DNA from: Pristiophorus japonicus
Taxonomy: Eukaryota
Length of the DNA: 64,000 nt
Assembly: GCF_044704955.1 (NCBI RefSeq)
Contig: NC_091982.1
Location: 102,734,001-102,798,000, forward strand
Direction: 5' to 3'
Under the pieces are notes generated by a model. It was not told the DNA's origin and did no database searches. It worked only from the letters and a program-made list of their open reading frames with translations. The translations under genes were made by a program, and so were the position numbers. Position 1 is the first letter of the stretch. Every line of letters starts with the position of its first letter. Shown one piece after another: positions 1 to 13,040 of this stretch.

Positions 1-990
1 CTGAAGCTAGATTAAAATGTGATTTTTCATGTTGAAACGAGATTTGCATCGAAGGATGATGTCATCAAACTGTGTCCAAAGGTATTCCGCGAAACAGGCA
101 GTCCGATCCAAGGTTTCAAGGCGAGTGTCAGAGTGCAGAAGGATGCTAGACCAGTTTACTGCAAACCACGTCCCGTACCATATGCACTCAAGGAGAAAGT
201 TGATCAAGAACTCAAAAGACTAGAGCATTATCTCGAAGGTAGATCTGATTAATTGGGCTACACCCATTGTTGTTGTACCTAAGTCAGATGGTAAGGTAAG
301 GTTGTGAGGTGATTATAAGACAACCGTAAACCAGATTCTAGAGGGTAATCTACCAAATACATTACCAAATGTAGAAGATTTGTTCACAGTGCTGACAGAT
401 GGCTAGATCTTCTCAAAGTTAGATCTGACAAATGCCTACTTACAACTTGAACTAGATGAGGAATCCAAGTTATGCTTGACTATAAATACTCATCTAGGCC
501 TATATCAATTTAATAGATTACCATTTGGAGTATCATCCATCCCTGTCATATTCCAAGGGGTGATGAACCAGATTTTGCAAGGCCATGAATGGGTAATGTG
601 TTATTGAGATAACATACTCATTTCAGCACCAAATAGGTAAATCCATAATCATGTATTGAATGAAGTGCTCAAACAGCTAGAGAAGCACAAAGTACAAGTG
701 ACTGTTCATAAGTCTGAGTTATTTCAAAACTCAGTGGAGTACTTAGGGCACAGAGTAGACAAAGATGGTTTATATCCAAACAAGGGAAAGCTGGATGCAA
801 TCAGAAATGCACCCACTCCCAAGAATATCACTGAACTTCAATAATTTTTGAGTCTTTTGAACTATTATGGGAGCTCCTACCAAATTTGGCTACAGTGTTA
901 CATCCACTTAATGAAAAAACAGGTCTATTGGATGCGGTCAGAAGAATGCGACACAGCATTCAAAGAGTGCAAAAGCCAGTTGGATAAGAT
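1..990 (+). mobile_element. Gypsy LTR retrotransposon A, left part (degenerate pol: RT), cut by window edge and by a CR1 insertion
   Basis: ORF 19-252 (ARPVYCKPRPVPYALKEKVDQELKRLE) and 656-844 (VEYLGHRVDKDG...APTPKNITELQ) are Gypsy pol segments; stops and frameshifts in between. Confidence 0.9.
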
Positions 991-991
991 T

Positions 992-2410
992 ACATGGAAA
1001 CATTGAAACATAGACAATAAGTGCAGGAGTAGGCCATTCGGCCCTTCGAGCCTGCACCACCGTTCCATAAGATCGTGGCTGATCATTCACCTCAGTACCC
1101 ATTTCCTGCTTTCTCTCCATACCCCTTGATCCCTTTAGCCATAAGGGACATATCTAACTCCCTCTTGAATATATCCAACGAACTGGCATCAACAACTCTC
1201 TGCAGTAGAGAACTCCACAGGTTAACAACTCTCTGAGTGAAGAAGTTTCTCCTCATCTCGGTCCTAAATGGCTTACCCCTTATTCTTAGATTGTATCCCC
1301 TGGTTCTGGACTTCCCCAGCACCGGGAACATTCTTCCTGCATCTAACCTATCCAGTCCCATCAGAATTTTATATGTTTCTATGAGATCCCCTCTGATCCT
1401 TCGAAACTCCAGTGAATACAGGTCCAGTCGATCCAGTCTCTCCTCATATGTCAGTCCTGCCATCCCGGGAATCAGTCTGGTGAACCTTTACTGCATTCCC
1501 TCAATAGCAAGAACGTCCTTCCTCAGATTAGGAGACCAAAACTGAACACAATATTCCAGGTGAGGCCTCACCAAGGCCCTGTACAACTGCAGTAAGACCT
1601 CCCTGCTCCGATACTCAAATCCCCTAGCTATGAAGGCCAACATGCCATTTGCCTTCTTCACCACCTGCTGTACCTGCATGCCAACTTTCAATGACTGATG
1701 TACCATGACACCCTGGTCTCGTTGCACCTTCCCTTTTCCTAATCTGTCGCCATTCAGATAATATTCTGTCTTTGTGTTTTTGCCACCAAAGTGGAGAACC
1801 TCACATTTATCCACATTATACTGCATCTGCCATGCATTTGCCCACTCACCTAACCTGTCCAAATCACCCTGCAGCCTCTTGGCATCCTCCTCACAGCTCA
1901 CACCACCACCCAGCTTAGTATCATCTGCAAACTTGGAGATATTACACTCAATTCCTTCATCTAAATCATTGATGTATATTGTAAAGAGCTGGGGTCCCAG
2001 CACTGAGCCCTGCGGCACCCCATTAGTCACTGCCTGCCATTCTGAAAAGGACCCGTTTATCCCAACTCTCTGCTTCCTGTCTGCCAACCAGTCCTCTACC
2101 CAGGTCAATATATTACCCCCAATACCATGTGATTTTAATTTTGCACTCCAATCTTTTGTATGGGACCTTGTCAAAAGCCTTTTGAAAGTCCACATCCACT
2201 GGCTCTCCCTTGTCCACTCTACTAGTTCCATCCTCAAAAAATTATAAAGATTTGTCAAGCATGATTTCCCTTTCATAAATCCATGCTGACTTGGACCGAT
2301 CCTGTCATTGCTTTCCAAATGCGCTGCTATTTCATCTTTAATAATTGATTCCAACATTTTCCCCACTACTGATGTCAGGCTAACCAAACTATAATTCCCT
2401 GTTTTCTCAC
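992..2410 (-). mobile_element. CR1 LINE 3' part (RT C-terminus, 3' UTR and tail), interrupted at 2411 by Gypsy B
   Basis: ORFs 1488-2774 and 1092-1463: GVPQGSVLGP, KFADDTKL, LVRPHLEYCVQFW; GAAACAT-type tail at ~992-1015. Confidence 0.95.
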
Positions 2411-2621
2411 TGTTGTGTATCTGTAAAGCATGCACTCCCATATTCTGCCACCAGCGAGAGCATCCGCTGAAGCCCCAAGGGATCCCAGCATCCCTTGGGA
2501 GCACTATATGTAAGCCGACCCCGAAGACCTGTTCCTCACTCTGGAGTGTCTTAATAAAGACTGAGGTCACTGTTACTTTAACCTCCCTGTGTGAAGTTTC
2601 ATCTGTGTTAAGAACACAATA
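2411..2621 (+). repeat. 5' LTR of Gypsy B
   Basis: TGTTGTGT...ACACAATA, internal AATAAA; 19 mismatches in 211 bp (manual count) to 6781-6991. Confidence 0.95.
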
Positions 2622-2623
2622 AC

Positions 2624-2633
2624 TGGCGACGAG
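2624..2633 (+). other. Primer binding site TGGCGACGAG (complementary to the 3' end of tRNA-Ser(GCT))
   Basis: 2 nt after the 5' LTR; vertebrate tRNA-Ser(GCT) ends ...CTCGTCGCCA. Confidence 0.8.
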
Positions 2634-2653
2634 TATACTAAGCCAACGCAAAG

Positions 2654-5600
2654 ATGCAGCAAACTGTGGGCATCCTGGAGAAGTTCTCCGACGGTGAGGA
2701 CTGGGAAGCCTATATCGAATAGCTAGACCAGTAGTTTGTAGCCAACGAGCTGTATAGAGAAGGAAGTGCTGCAAAAAGGAGAGTGGTCCTCCTCACGGTC
2801 TGCGGGGCACCGACCTGCAGCCTCATGAAGAATCTTCTGACTCCGGTGAAACTCACAGATAAGTCATATGAGGAGCTGTGTACACTGGTTCGGGAGCATG
2901 TTAACCCGATGGAGAGCGTGCTGATGGCGAGGTATTGGTTCTACACGTGCCAGCGATCTGAAGGTCAGGAAGTGGCGAGTTATGTCGCCGAGCTAAGGCG
3001 ACTTGCAGGACAATGTGAGTTTGATGGCTACCTGGAGCAAATGCTCAGAGACTTTTTTGTACTGGGCATTGGCCATGAGACCAACCTACGAAAACTTTTG
3101 ACTGCAGAGACACTGACCCTCAATAAGGCCATTGCGATAGCACAGGCGTTTATGTCCACCAGTGATAACACCAAACAAATCTCTCAGCACACAAGTGCTA
3201 GCAATGTTCATAAATTAACTGGAACTGTGTTTGCGAGCAGAAATGTACAGGGCAGAAACCACGAGTCTGCAACTGCCAGCAGGCCTCAGGTGACCCAGAT
3301 GACTCAGAGTCCGCAACAAAGGATGAATGCAAGGCAATTCACACCTTGTTGGCGTTGTGGAGGTTTTCATTCAGCCTATTCATGCCGCTTCAAAGGGTAT
3401 GTTTACAAGAGCTGTGGAACAATGGGGCACCTCCAACGAGCATGCAGATGAACTGCAAGCTCTGCAAAACCTGCTAACCACCACGTGGCAGATGAAGATT
3501 GGTCCATGGTGGATCAAAGCAATTTTGAGCCTCAGAGAGAGGAGGCAGATGCTGAAGTACACAGGGTGCACACACTTTCGATGAAATGTCCACCTATAAT
3601 GCTAAATGTAAAATTGAATGGCTTACCCGAAGGCATGGAACTGGACACTGGCGCTAGTCAATCCATCATGAGTAAAAAGATGTTTGAGAGACTGTGGTGC
3701 AACAAGGCACTCAGACCAGCCCTGAGCCCCATCCACACGAAACTGAGAATGTACATCAAAGAGCTTATCACTGTCCTGGGCAGCGTCATGATCAAGGTCA
3801 CCTACGAGGGCACGGTGCATGAACTGCCACTCTGGATTGTCCTGGGCGATGGCCCCACACTACTTGGAAGGATCTGGCTCGGCAAAATCCGCTGGAACTG
3901 GGATGACATGTCGATGAGGCCTCATGTATGCAGGTTCTTAACAAATTTCCTTCCATTTTTGAGCCAGGCATTGGAAACTTTTTTGGGGCGAAGGTACGGA
4001 TCCACTTGGTCCCAGAGGCACGACCCATTCACCACAAGGTGCGAGCGCTACCTCACATGATGAGGGAGAGAGTGGAAATCGAGCTGGACAGGCTGCAACA
4101 CAAGGGCATCATCTCCCCAGTGGAATTCAGTGAGTTGGCCAGCCCAGTTGTTCCAGTACTCAAATATGATGGCACAGTCAGGATTTGCGGCGATTATAAA
4201 GTAACTATTAATCGTTTCTCGCTACAGGACCAATATCTGCTACCTAAGGCAGGCGACTTATTTGCGACGCTGGCAGGAGGCAAGACATTCACCAAGCTTG
4301 ACCTGACTTCGGCCTACATGACGCAGGAGCTGGAGGAGTCTTCGAAGGGCCTCACCTGCATCAACACGCACAAGGGACTGTTCATCTACAACAGATGCCC
4401 GTTTGAAATTCGGTCGGCTGCAGCGATCTTCCAGAGAAACATGGAGAGCCTACTCAAGTCGGTACCACGCACAGGGGTTTTTCAGGACGACATATTGGTC
4501 ACGGGTCGCGACACCGTCGAACACTTATAAAACCTGGAGGAGCTCCTCCAGCGACTGGATCGCGTAGGGCTGCGGCTGAAGAGGTCGAAATGCATCTTCA
4601 TGGCAACAGAAGTGGAGTTTTTGGGGAGAAAGATCGCGGCGGATGCATTCGGCCCACAGACGCCAAGGCAGAGGCTATCAGGAACGCGCCCAGGTCACAG
4701 AACGTCACGGAGCTGAGGTCGTTCCGGGGACTCCTCAACTATTTTGGTAACTTCCTACCGGGGTTAAGCACCCTCTTAGAGCACCTACATGTGTTATTGC
4801 ATAAAGGTGAGAACTGGGTATGGGGAAAAAACCAAGTAATTGCTTTGGAGAAAGCCAGAAACATTTTATGCTCCAACAAGCTGCTTGTATTATATAACCC
4901 CTGTAAAAGACTTATGCTAGCATGTGATGCGTCGTCGTACGGAGTCGGACATGTATTACAACAAGCTAACATTGCGGGGAAGTTACAACCTGTCATCTAT
5001 GCTTCCAGGAGCTTGTCTCAGGCTGAGAGGGCCTACAGCATGATTGAGAAAGAGGCATTAGCGTGTGTGTTCAGAGTAAAGAAAATGCATCGGTACATGT
5101 TTGGCCTCAAATTTGAGCTGGAAACCGATCACAAGCCCCTCATATCCCTGTTCGCTGAAAACAAGGGGATAAATACTAATACCTCAGCCCGCATACAAAG
5201 GTGGGCACTCGCGCTATCAGCGTATAATTACACCATCCGCCACAGGCCAGGCACCAAGAATAGTGCAATGCTCTCAATCGGCTACCAATGCCCACCACAG
5301 GGGTGGAAATGGCGCAGATTGCAAACTTGTTGATGGTGGCGCAGCCCGCAGACTTGTTGATGGTCATGGAAGCGTTTGAAAATGATAAATCACCTGTCAC
5401 GGCCCGCCAGATTAGGACTTGGACCAGCTAAGATCCTCTGCTGTCCCTAGTAAAAAACTGTACTGAATGGGAGCTAGGCCAGCATCCCCGTTGAAATGCA
5501 AGAGCTAATCAAGCCGTTCCAGCGGCGAAAAGACGAGCTGTCCATTCAGGCAGAGTGCCTGTTGTGGGGTAACCGTGTAGTGCTACCAAAAAAGGGCAGG

Positions 5601-6744
5601 GGGACATTCATCTCGGCTCTCCACAGCACACACTCGGGTATAGTAATGATGAAAGTGATAGCCAGATCCCACGTGTGGTGGCCCGGTATCGACTCTGACT
5701 TAGAGTCCTGTGTACGGCAACGCAGAATATGTGCTTAGTTGAGCAGCGTGCCCAGAGAGGCACCACTAAGTTTGTGGTCCTGGCCCTCCAGACCATGGTC
5801 AATGATCCATGTCGACTATGCGGGCCCGTTTCTCGGTAAAATGTTCTTGGTGGTGGTGGATGCTTTTTCAAAATGGATTGAAGTGAAATAATGTCGGGAA
5901 GCACTGCCACCGCCACTATTGAAAGCCTGAGGGCCATGTTTGCCACTCACGGCCTGACTGACATACTGGTCAGTGACAACGGGCCATGTTTCACCAGTGC
6001 CGAATTTAAAGAATTCATGACCCGCAATGGGATCAAACATGTCACCTCGGCCCCGTTCAAACCAGCCTCCAATGGGCAGGCAGAACCGGCAGTAAAATCA
6101 AACAGAGTCTTAAACGAGTCACAGAAGTCTCACTCCAAACCTGCCTGTCCCGAGTACTGCTCAGCTACTGCACAAGACCCCACTCACTCACAGACGTGTC
6201 CCCGGCTGAGCTACTCATGAAAAGGACACTTAAAACCAGGCTCTCGCTGGTTCACCCCAACCTGCATCATCAGGTATAGAGCAGGAGGCAGCAACAAAAT
6301 GTAAACGATGGTCACGCCACTGTCACGGGAAATTGATCTGAATGACCCTGTGTATGTGCTAAACTATGGACATGGTCCCAAGTGGATTGCAAGCACAGTG
6401 ATAGCTAAAGAAGGGAGTAGGGTGTTTGTCGTCAAACTAGACAATGGAAAGATTTGCAGAACGCACCTGGACCAAACGAGGCTGCGGTTCACAGACTGCC
6501 CTGAACAGCAGACACCACCTTTTTCGAGCCCACAACACACACCCAAAGGATCAACGACACCACCCCGGACCACGAAATTGAACCCATCACGCCCAACAGC
6601 CCAGCAAGGCCAGGCTCACCCAGCAGCCCTGCAGGGCCAACAGCACGCCAGCCCAGCGAGGGCACAGCCAACACACCAGAACAGACATTTGTACCGAGGC
6701 GGTCCACCAGGGAAAGAAAGGCTCCCGGCCGTCTCACCTTGTAA
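2654..6744 (+). pseudogene. Disrupted gag-pol of Gypsy B
   Basis: Zn knuckles CWRCGGFH..C/CGTMGH, protease ELDTGAS, RT FQDDILV, RNaseH LACDAS/ETDHKPL, integrase LVSDNGPCF; many frameshifts and stops. Confidence 0.93.
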
Positions 6745-6764
6745 ATAGTTTTCACTTTGACTTT

Positions 6765-6780
6765 GGGGGGGGGGTAGTGA
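6765..6780 (+). other. Polypurine tract of Gypsy B
   Basis: G10-TAGTGA immediately before the 3' LTR. Confidence 0.85.
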
Positions 6781-6991
6781 TGTTGTGTATCTGTAAAGCT
6801 TGCACTCCCATGTTCCGCCACCAGGGAGAGGATCCCCTGAAATCCCAAGGGATCCCAGCATCCCTTGGGAGCACTGTATATAAGCCGGTCCCTAAGGCCT
6901 ATCCCTCACTCTGGAGTGTCTTAATAAAGACTGAGGTCACTGTTACTTTAACCTCCCTGTGTGCAGTCTCATCTGTGTTCAGAACACAATA
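6781..6991 (+). repeat. 3' LTR of Gypsy B
   Basis: Direct repeat of 2411-2621. Confidence 0.95.
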
Positions 6992-7620
6992 CTCTCTCTC
7001 TCCTTTTTTAAAAAGTGGTTTTACATTAGCTACCCTCCAGTCCATAGGAACTGATCCAGAGTCGATAGACTGTTGGAAAATGATCACCAATGCATGCACT
7101 ATTTCTAGGGCCACTTCCTTAAGTACTCTGGGATGCAGACTATCAGGCCCTGGGGAATTATCGGCCTTCAATCCCATCAATTTCCCTAACACAATTTCCT
7201 GACTAATAAGGATTTCCTTCAGTTCCTCCTTCTCACAAGATCCTCGGTCCCCTAGTATTTCCGGAAAGTTATTTGTGTCTTCCTTCGTGAAGACAGAACC
7301 AAAGTATTTGTTCAATTGGTCTGCCACTTCTTTGTTCCCCATTATAAATTCACCTGATTCTGACTGCAAGGGACCTACGTTTGTCTGCACTAATCTTTTT
7401 CTCTTCACATATCTTTCGAAGCTTGAGCAGTCAGTTTTTATGTTCCCAGCAAGCTTCTCTCATACTCTATTTTTCCCCTTCTAATTAAACCCTTTGTCCT
7501 CCTCTGCTGAATTCTAAATTTCTACCAGTCCTCAGGTTTGCTGCATTTTCTGGCCAATTTATATGCCTCTTCCTTGGCTTTAACACTATCCTTAATTTCC
7601 CTTGTTAGCCTCAGTTGAGC
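6992..7620 (-). mobile_element. CR1 LINE, 5' continuation of 992-2410 (5'-truncated)
   Basis: ORF 6899-7408 (SPGPDSLHPRVLKEVA, DWRVANVKPLFKKG) joins across the LTR insertion; colinear with the CR1 at ~44100-44750. Confidence 0.93.
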
Positions 7621-9793
7621 TCGATGTTAGCTCACTTTTACGTATCTAAGGAGATCAAGCTGACATGTGATGCCCCTGCAAATGGAATTGGGACAGTGAC
7701 CTCTCCTGTATTACATAGTGGGGAGGAGAGACCAATTACTTTTGCTTCATGTGCCAGTGAGCGTAATTATGCGCAGATTAAAAGGGGTGAAGAAGTTCCA
7801 CAAGTACTTGTATGGTCATCAATTCATCATTGTTACTGACCATAAGTCCTTGACAGGAATCCTCCATCCAAAGTCCCCAGTTCCAATCTTAGCTGCAGCC
7901 CAAATGCAGAGATTGGTTTTGATTTTGTCAGCATATACATATGACATTGAGTACAGATGATCAGCTGATCACAGTAATGCTGATGCTATGTTCAGGTTCC
8001 CATCCCCAGCACAAGTTACACCCAATACGGAAGAAGTGTTCTATTTTTCATACATTGATGGTTTACATCCAACCAAGGGGAAACTGGATGCAAGTCACAG
8101 CTGAACAGATTGGTCGAACAACCAAACCTGACCCAGTTATGTCAAAGGTGTATGATTACATAGCAAATGGTTGGCCAAACCAGGTATCAGAGAAAGATAT
8201 TCATCCATATTTCATTCGTAGGAATGAATTGTCAGTGGATAAAGATTGTATCATGTGGCGTGCAAAATTAGTTATTCCAAATAAGTTCAGGCCCAAATTG
8301 TTAGAAGATCTTCATGACCAGCACGTGGGAATGTGCTTGACCAAGAGTTTTGCATGGAGTTACTTATGGTGGGCAGGCTTAGATAAAGATATAGAGTACA
8401 TCGTTAGTCAGTGTACAACATGTCAATCGGCAAGCAAGAAACCACCATCAGTACCATCGCAGCCATGGAAATGGCCTTCCAGGGTGTGGCAAAGGTTACA
8501 CATAGATTTTACTGAGCTAGAAGGACAACAATTGTTCATTGTGATTGATAGCCATTCAAAATGTGTAGAGGTGTTTCCAATGTGGAAAATAACAACAATT
8601 AAACACTAAATAATTTGCGAAGATTGTTTTCTTCATATGGCCTCCCAGAAGAAATTGTGTCTGATAATGCGCCACAATTTTGTTCAGAAGAATTTGCACA
8701 GTTCATAAGCAGAAACGGTGTGAAACCTACCAAAGTTCCACCATATCATCCTGCTTCAAGTGGTGCAGCAGAGTGCACTGTATAAATTGTAAAATGTGCC
8801 CTCATCAAGCAAATATTGGATCCAATTCCAAAGAAACGACAGTTGTCATTGGATCACAAACAAGCAAATTTTCTAATCACTTATCATAATACTCCTCATA
8901 CTACTGGTAGAACACCAACAGAGATGTTTCTCAAATGACAGCCATGAACTAGGTTCTCATTGCTAAACCCAAACTTGGCACAGTCAGTAGAAGAGAAACA
9001 ATTAAGACACAAAGAGAATCATGACAGAGGTAGAGTAAGAGAGAGAAGTGTGAAATTGAATCAGAAAGTGAAAGTGAAGAACCATCACCATAAATGGTTA
9101 AAGTGGTTACCAGGAAGTGTAGTGAATATATGTGGCCCTCGTACATATTTGGTCAAGATGTTTGATCATAGAAAGGTTATGTTTGTTCACATTGATCATA
9201 TTTTACCTACAGATGTGGAAGGAGTTGAAAGTTGGAATGATTCGATTATTTCTGATGAGTTAAATAGCCTTCTAAAGTAGAGTACCAGTAGCAAACCCTA
9301 CATCAGATGTATTAGAAACAAGTCCAAGAGAAAATCAGAATTTAAGTCTGTGTCTGAGTCAATCTGAAGTTGTAGAGAGTCCAAATGTAAATCAAGAGTT
9401 ACCCTTAGAGGAAAACTCTCCTCAGGCTCTGCCTAGAATGAGTCTAAATTTGATACCATGTTTGGAAGGTTCTGTTCGAGACGAAGGTATCCTCTTCGAA
9501 ACAGAAAACCAGTGGTTAAGTTTAATTTGTAAGTATGGCAAAATAAGTCCATATCTGTTGTTATGTATAACCATGCAAGTTATGTGTGATGATTATTTTG
9601 TTGTGATTACTTCTTCATTAAGGAGGGAGACGTGTAATATAGCTCCATCTAGTGAACTACTGCTCCATCTAGTGGACTACTGTGGTAATGCAAATGCTGA
9701 TATATATAATAAAAGCATCATGTAACAAGTTCACCTGACAAGTTCCTGTTGGAGATATCTTGTAGTGTGTGTTGTTGTAAATAATATATTACA
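7621..9793 (+). mobile_element. Gypsy A, right part (RNaseH, integrase, PPT, 3' LTR)
   Basis: KLTCDA, VTDHKSL, LHDQHVG...CTTCQ, RLHIDF; PPT AAGGAGGGAGA before the LTR. Confidence 0.9.
9633..9793 (+). repeat. 3' LTR of Gypsy A (161 bp)
   Basis: Perfect 9-bp terminal inverted repeat TGTAATATA...TATATTACA, internal AATAAA, follows the PPT. Confidence 0.85.
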
Positions 9794-10018
9794 GTCATCA
9801 CACTTGCTCCGCCCACTGAGGTGACACTGAGAAGGAACAGGAACTTAGATCCTCTGTGAAGATTGATACATTCCTGCATATCACCTGTCCTAGCTTCTGA
9901 AAGACAATGTCAACGATCCGAAGTAAAACTGATATCATTGCAGAGACCGTTTTTGTATACAACAATGGAAATATTGTGCTGGTAAGTCAACAAATACAGA
10001 AATCCACTAATGGATAGA
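9794..10018. repeat. Dispersed repeat fragment, inverted homolog of 26664-26890 (inside the Harbinger-derived region)
   Basis: Colinear reverse-complement similarity, e.g. CCCACTGAGGTGACACTGAGA and GTGCTGGTAAGTCAACAA. Confidence 0.8.
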
Positions 10019-10730
10019 AGGGCAGAAATTTGATGACGTTGCAAACCCTCTAGGATCCACCTCTGCAAGAAGGAGTCCAGGGAAAACCTGTGGCCTACAT
10101 TGTAACCATTGCTACACTTCATTGTGTTCCGTCCTTTGAGACATTTTGGCACAAAAGTCACTATATAAACGTATAACTGAATATATAATGAAGAATCGTC
10201 AGCATGCTTGATCAACTGGCTATCTTTAGTAAATAAAAGCAATCTGATTTTTGTTAATTCTCTCAACCTTTTAAAATGTGTTGTAAAACTCAAAAATAAA
10301 AATTTACATCATTATAATAGTCATCTTAATCTTAACCTCAGGTTCCTTCTCCTAGCTAAACCCCAGGAACATGTCCACGCTTGTTCTCAGCCCTAGGACC
10401 ACCTGTACTTCCTTCCCCAGACTCCACACTTTGTCACTCCCAGTTGCTAGGTAACGGGAAACTGACTCCACTCATTCCTGCTTCCACTCAGGCCGCACTA
10501 CCCATACCACCCTTGTTCCAGTTCTAATTTCACTCAACTGCTCTGCTCTTTGACCCCCATACTCCATTGCTGCACTTTGCCACACTTGTATTCCTGTGCT
10601 CCATCAACCAACCAGTGCTCCAAAGCATCTATGAAGAACGGCACTGACAATTTACCAGTATAGCTTAAATGAGTTCAAGTAAATACATTGTTATAACAGC
10701 TACATTCCTATTATGGTCTACATTTTATAC

Positions 10731-10856
10731 CTGGGTGGAGCAAGTGTCTCCTCAAGAAACTCTTCAATCTTGATGAAATCAGTTTTCAGCTCCCCATTGA
10801 AGATAAGGAATGGAGGATTAGTGCCCGGAGCCAAATCTTTCAATTCTTTTGGTCTC
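10731..10856 (-). CDS. CLIC2: Chloride intracellular channel 2, coding exon 3 (126 bp)
   Basis: RPKELKDLAPGTNPPFLIFNGELKTDFIKIEEFLEETLAPPR; acceptor CACAG, donor GTATAA; phase matches exon 2. Confidence 0.95.
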
Positions 10857-11365
10857 CTGTGTGAATTAGAACTGCTGTCAGTAAAATAATGGTAATACAT
10901 GACTCCAACATAATGTGTCTCATGTACAGAATGAAAGTCTCCACTCAATGCTGACTGTTGATGACTAGCAATATTCGGAGATGCCAAATTAAAAAATACT
11001 GAGCTTTATTTTCCTGCAAAATAGGGATCCATGAGGCACCAGCTATCAGGGCCCATGCGAAGCAGAACTAACACCAGAAACCACCAGTCCTGTGCTAGGG
11101 TTTCTCCCAAGGACCCAATGAGGTGCCCAGCTGCAAACACTCTACAATTCCCTTAAACTAACTTTCTCACCACAAGGTAGAATTGTGTTGCAGTGATGTG
11201 CAACTATCAGGACAGTTATAGACATGTTCTTAACAGTCCTGATCGCCCATGCTGCTTTTCAAATATGACTATATCAACAGTTTACAAATCATACTACAAA
11301 TACCCTAAATAAACTCAAGGGTTACCAAGAAAATGAACATTACGTGTTAGCCTTGACTCAGTGTT

Positions 11366-11660
11366 ATAGGAACATAGGAACAGGAGTAGGCCATTGAGCC
11401 CCATGAACCTGTTCCGCCATTCAATGAAATCATGGATCAACTGCGATCTAACTCCATATACCCACCTTTGCCCATATTCCTTAATATCTTTGGTTAACAA
11501 AAAGCTATCAATCTCAGATTTACAATTAACAATTGATCGTGAATCAATTGCCATTTGTTCAAGAGAGTTCCAAACTTCTACCATCCTGTGTGTATAGAAG
11601 TGTTTCCTAATTTCACTTTTAAAGGTCTGGCTATGCTTTTAGACTATGCCCCCTAGTTAT
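11366..11660 (-). mobile_element. CR1 3' fragment
   Basis: ORF 11315-11584 (VWNSL...KSEIDSFL) and tail ATAGGAACATAGGAACAGGAGTAGGCC. Confidence 0.85.
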
Positions 11661-12024
11661 AACTGAAGGTTGCAGGTTGAAGGCCCACTCCAGAGGCAGG
11701 GGCGCATAATCTAAGGTGACACTTCAAGGCAGTACTGGGAGAATATTCTCACCTGCATTCCAACCTTCTCGCCGCCTGACTGGCTCACAGCATTCTGTTT
11801 AAAGAAATCCCTGACTTACTGTTGGTTTGAGTGTTTTGTCTCTCACTGTTCACAACCAGTAAAGGAAGACTTATCAGATCCCCATTGTGTACCTAGGACC
11901 ACGTGTTTATTGATTACCAAGACAAGTTAACAAATAGCAAATTATTTACAGTTTATGAGAAAACAACATCGAACCTAGAATCATAACTACCTATTTTATT
12001 AACTTTTGTTGCATAGCTGGCAAG

Positions 12025-12365
12025 CATTTATTATCCATCTTGGTGAGCCTTCTGCTTCAACCACTGCAGTGGTTCGATATAACTGAGTGGCTTGATAGTC
12101 CACATCAGAGGGCAGTTAAGAGCCAGTCATGTTGATGTAGGACTGGAGTCACAAATAGGCCAGACCAGATGAGAACGGCAGGTTTCCTTCCCTAACGGAC
12201 ACTAGTGAACCAGTTAGGCTTTGACAACAATCCGACAGCTTCACAGCCACTTTTACTGATTTTTGAAACTGAATTCAAATTCTCAAACTGCCCTGGTGGG
12301 ATTTGCACTCTGAATTATTAGTCTAAGCCATGGTATTACTAGCTCAATCACTACTCTACCTGTGA
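12025..12365 (-). mobile_element. tRNA-headed SINE, inverted relative of 37666-38035
   Basis: Reverse complement carries GGTTCACTAGTGTCCGTTAGGGAAGGAAACCTGCC and TGACTCCAG core seen at 37845-37960. Confidence 0.75.
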
Positions 12366-12407
12366 CTTCACTATCTTCATAATTGCTACGTCACGTGTCA
12401 TCTCAGA

Positions 12408-13040
12408 GTGCGCCCCATTTGGGGGCGGTAACATCCGGGAGGCGGGACATTTTGCGGCAGGCACAGAAATCCCGCCCTGCTCTAAAAATTGGGTTACCGC
12501 CCCTGAAAGGAAGCGGAGCGCAAAATAACGGGCTCCACTTCCTTTCTGGGGCAGTAGTGAGGCAGTCGCTTAGGGAGCGGGGCGCATTGCTATGCAATGG
12601 GCCACATAGCGCTACCACATAGGAGGGACTCTTCCTTTCATTAAAGGGAAGGGCTCAAGCTGCAAACTCTGCAGTGTAGAAACGGGCCTCCCTGGACCAC
12701 CAGGGAGCAGGTTGCCGTGCCAACAGCCCGGCACTCGCCACCTCCCCTTTTAAGTATCACCCCGTGAGCGGCCTGCCACCAGGTTCACGTCCCCTTAAGC
12801 TGTCACTGACATCACTCGGTGCAGCTTCAGAGGGTGATACCCAATTTAGGGTCCGGGGCGATAACGGGGCACTGTGCACGGCGATGACGTCATCATCGCT
12901 GGAGCAGTGCATCGAGGCACTACGGGTTACCACCACCATTAAACTCCCACGAATTTAGCGGGAGTTGTTAGCAGCACCGCACTCAGGCAAAAAGTAATTT
13001 CTGGCCCATTAGTGCCCCCCCAGGGAGGCGCAAATGACCC
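12408..13040. mobile_element. GC-rich MITE fragment (Harbinger-like family related to 15245, 17028, 23976, 25212)
   Basis: Shared motifs GCTCCACTTCCT, CCTCCCCTTT, AAGCTGTCRCTG, AATTTAGCGGGAG; termini eroded. Confidence 0.7.

Larger units (their letters stand above)
2411..6991 (+). mobile_element. Full-length Gypsy (Mag-like) LTR retrotransposon B, coding region degenerate
   Basis: Two 211-bp LTRs, PBS, PPT, order gag-PR-RT-RNaseH-IN; probable 5-bp TSD CTCAC/CTCTC. Confidence 0.95.

Noticed and set aside
1488-2774. 428-aa ORF as a novel RT fusion protein
   Set aside because: Chimeric read-through from the antisense Gypsy LTR into CR1 RT at the insertion junction.
10718-10987. 89-aa ORF as a single-exon gene
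   Set aside because: Only 10731-10856 is coding (CLIC2 exon 3); the rest is intron read-through.
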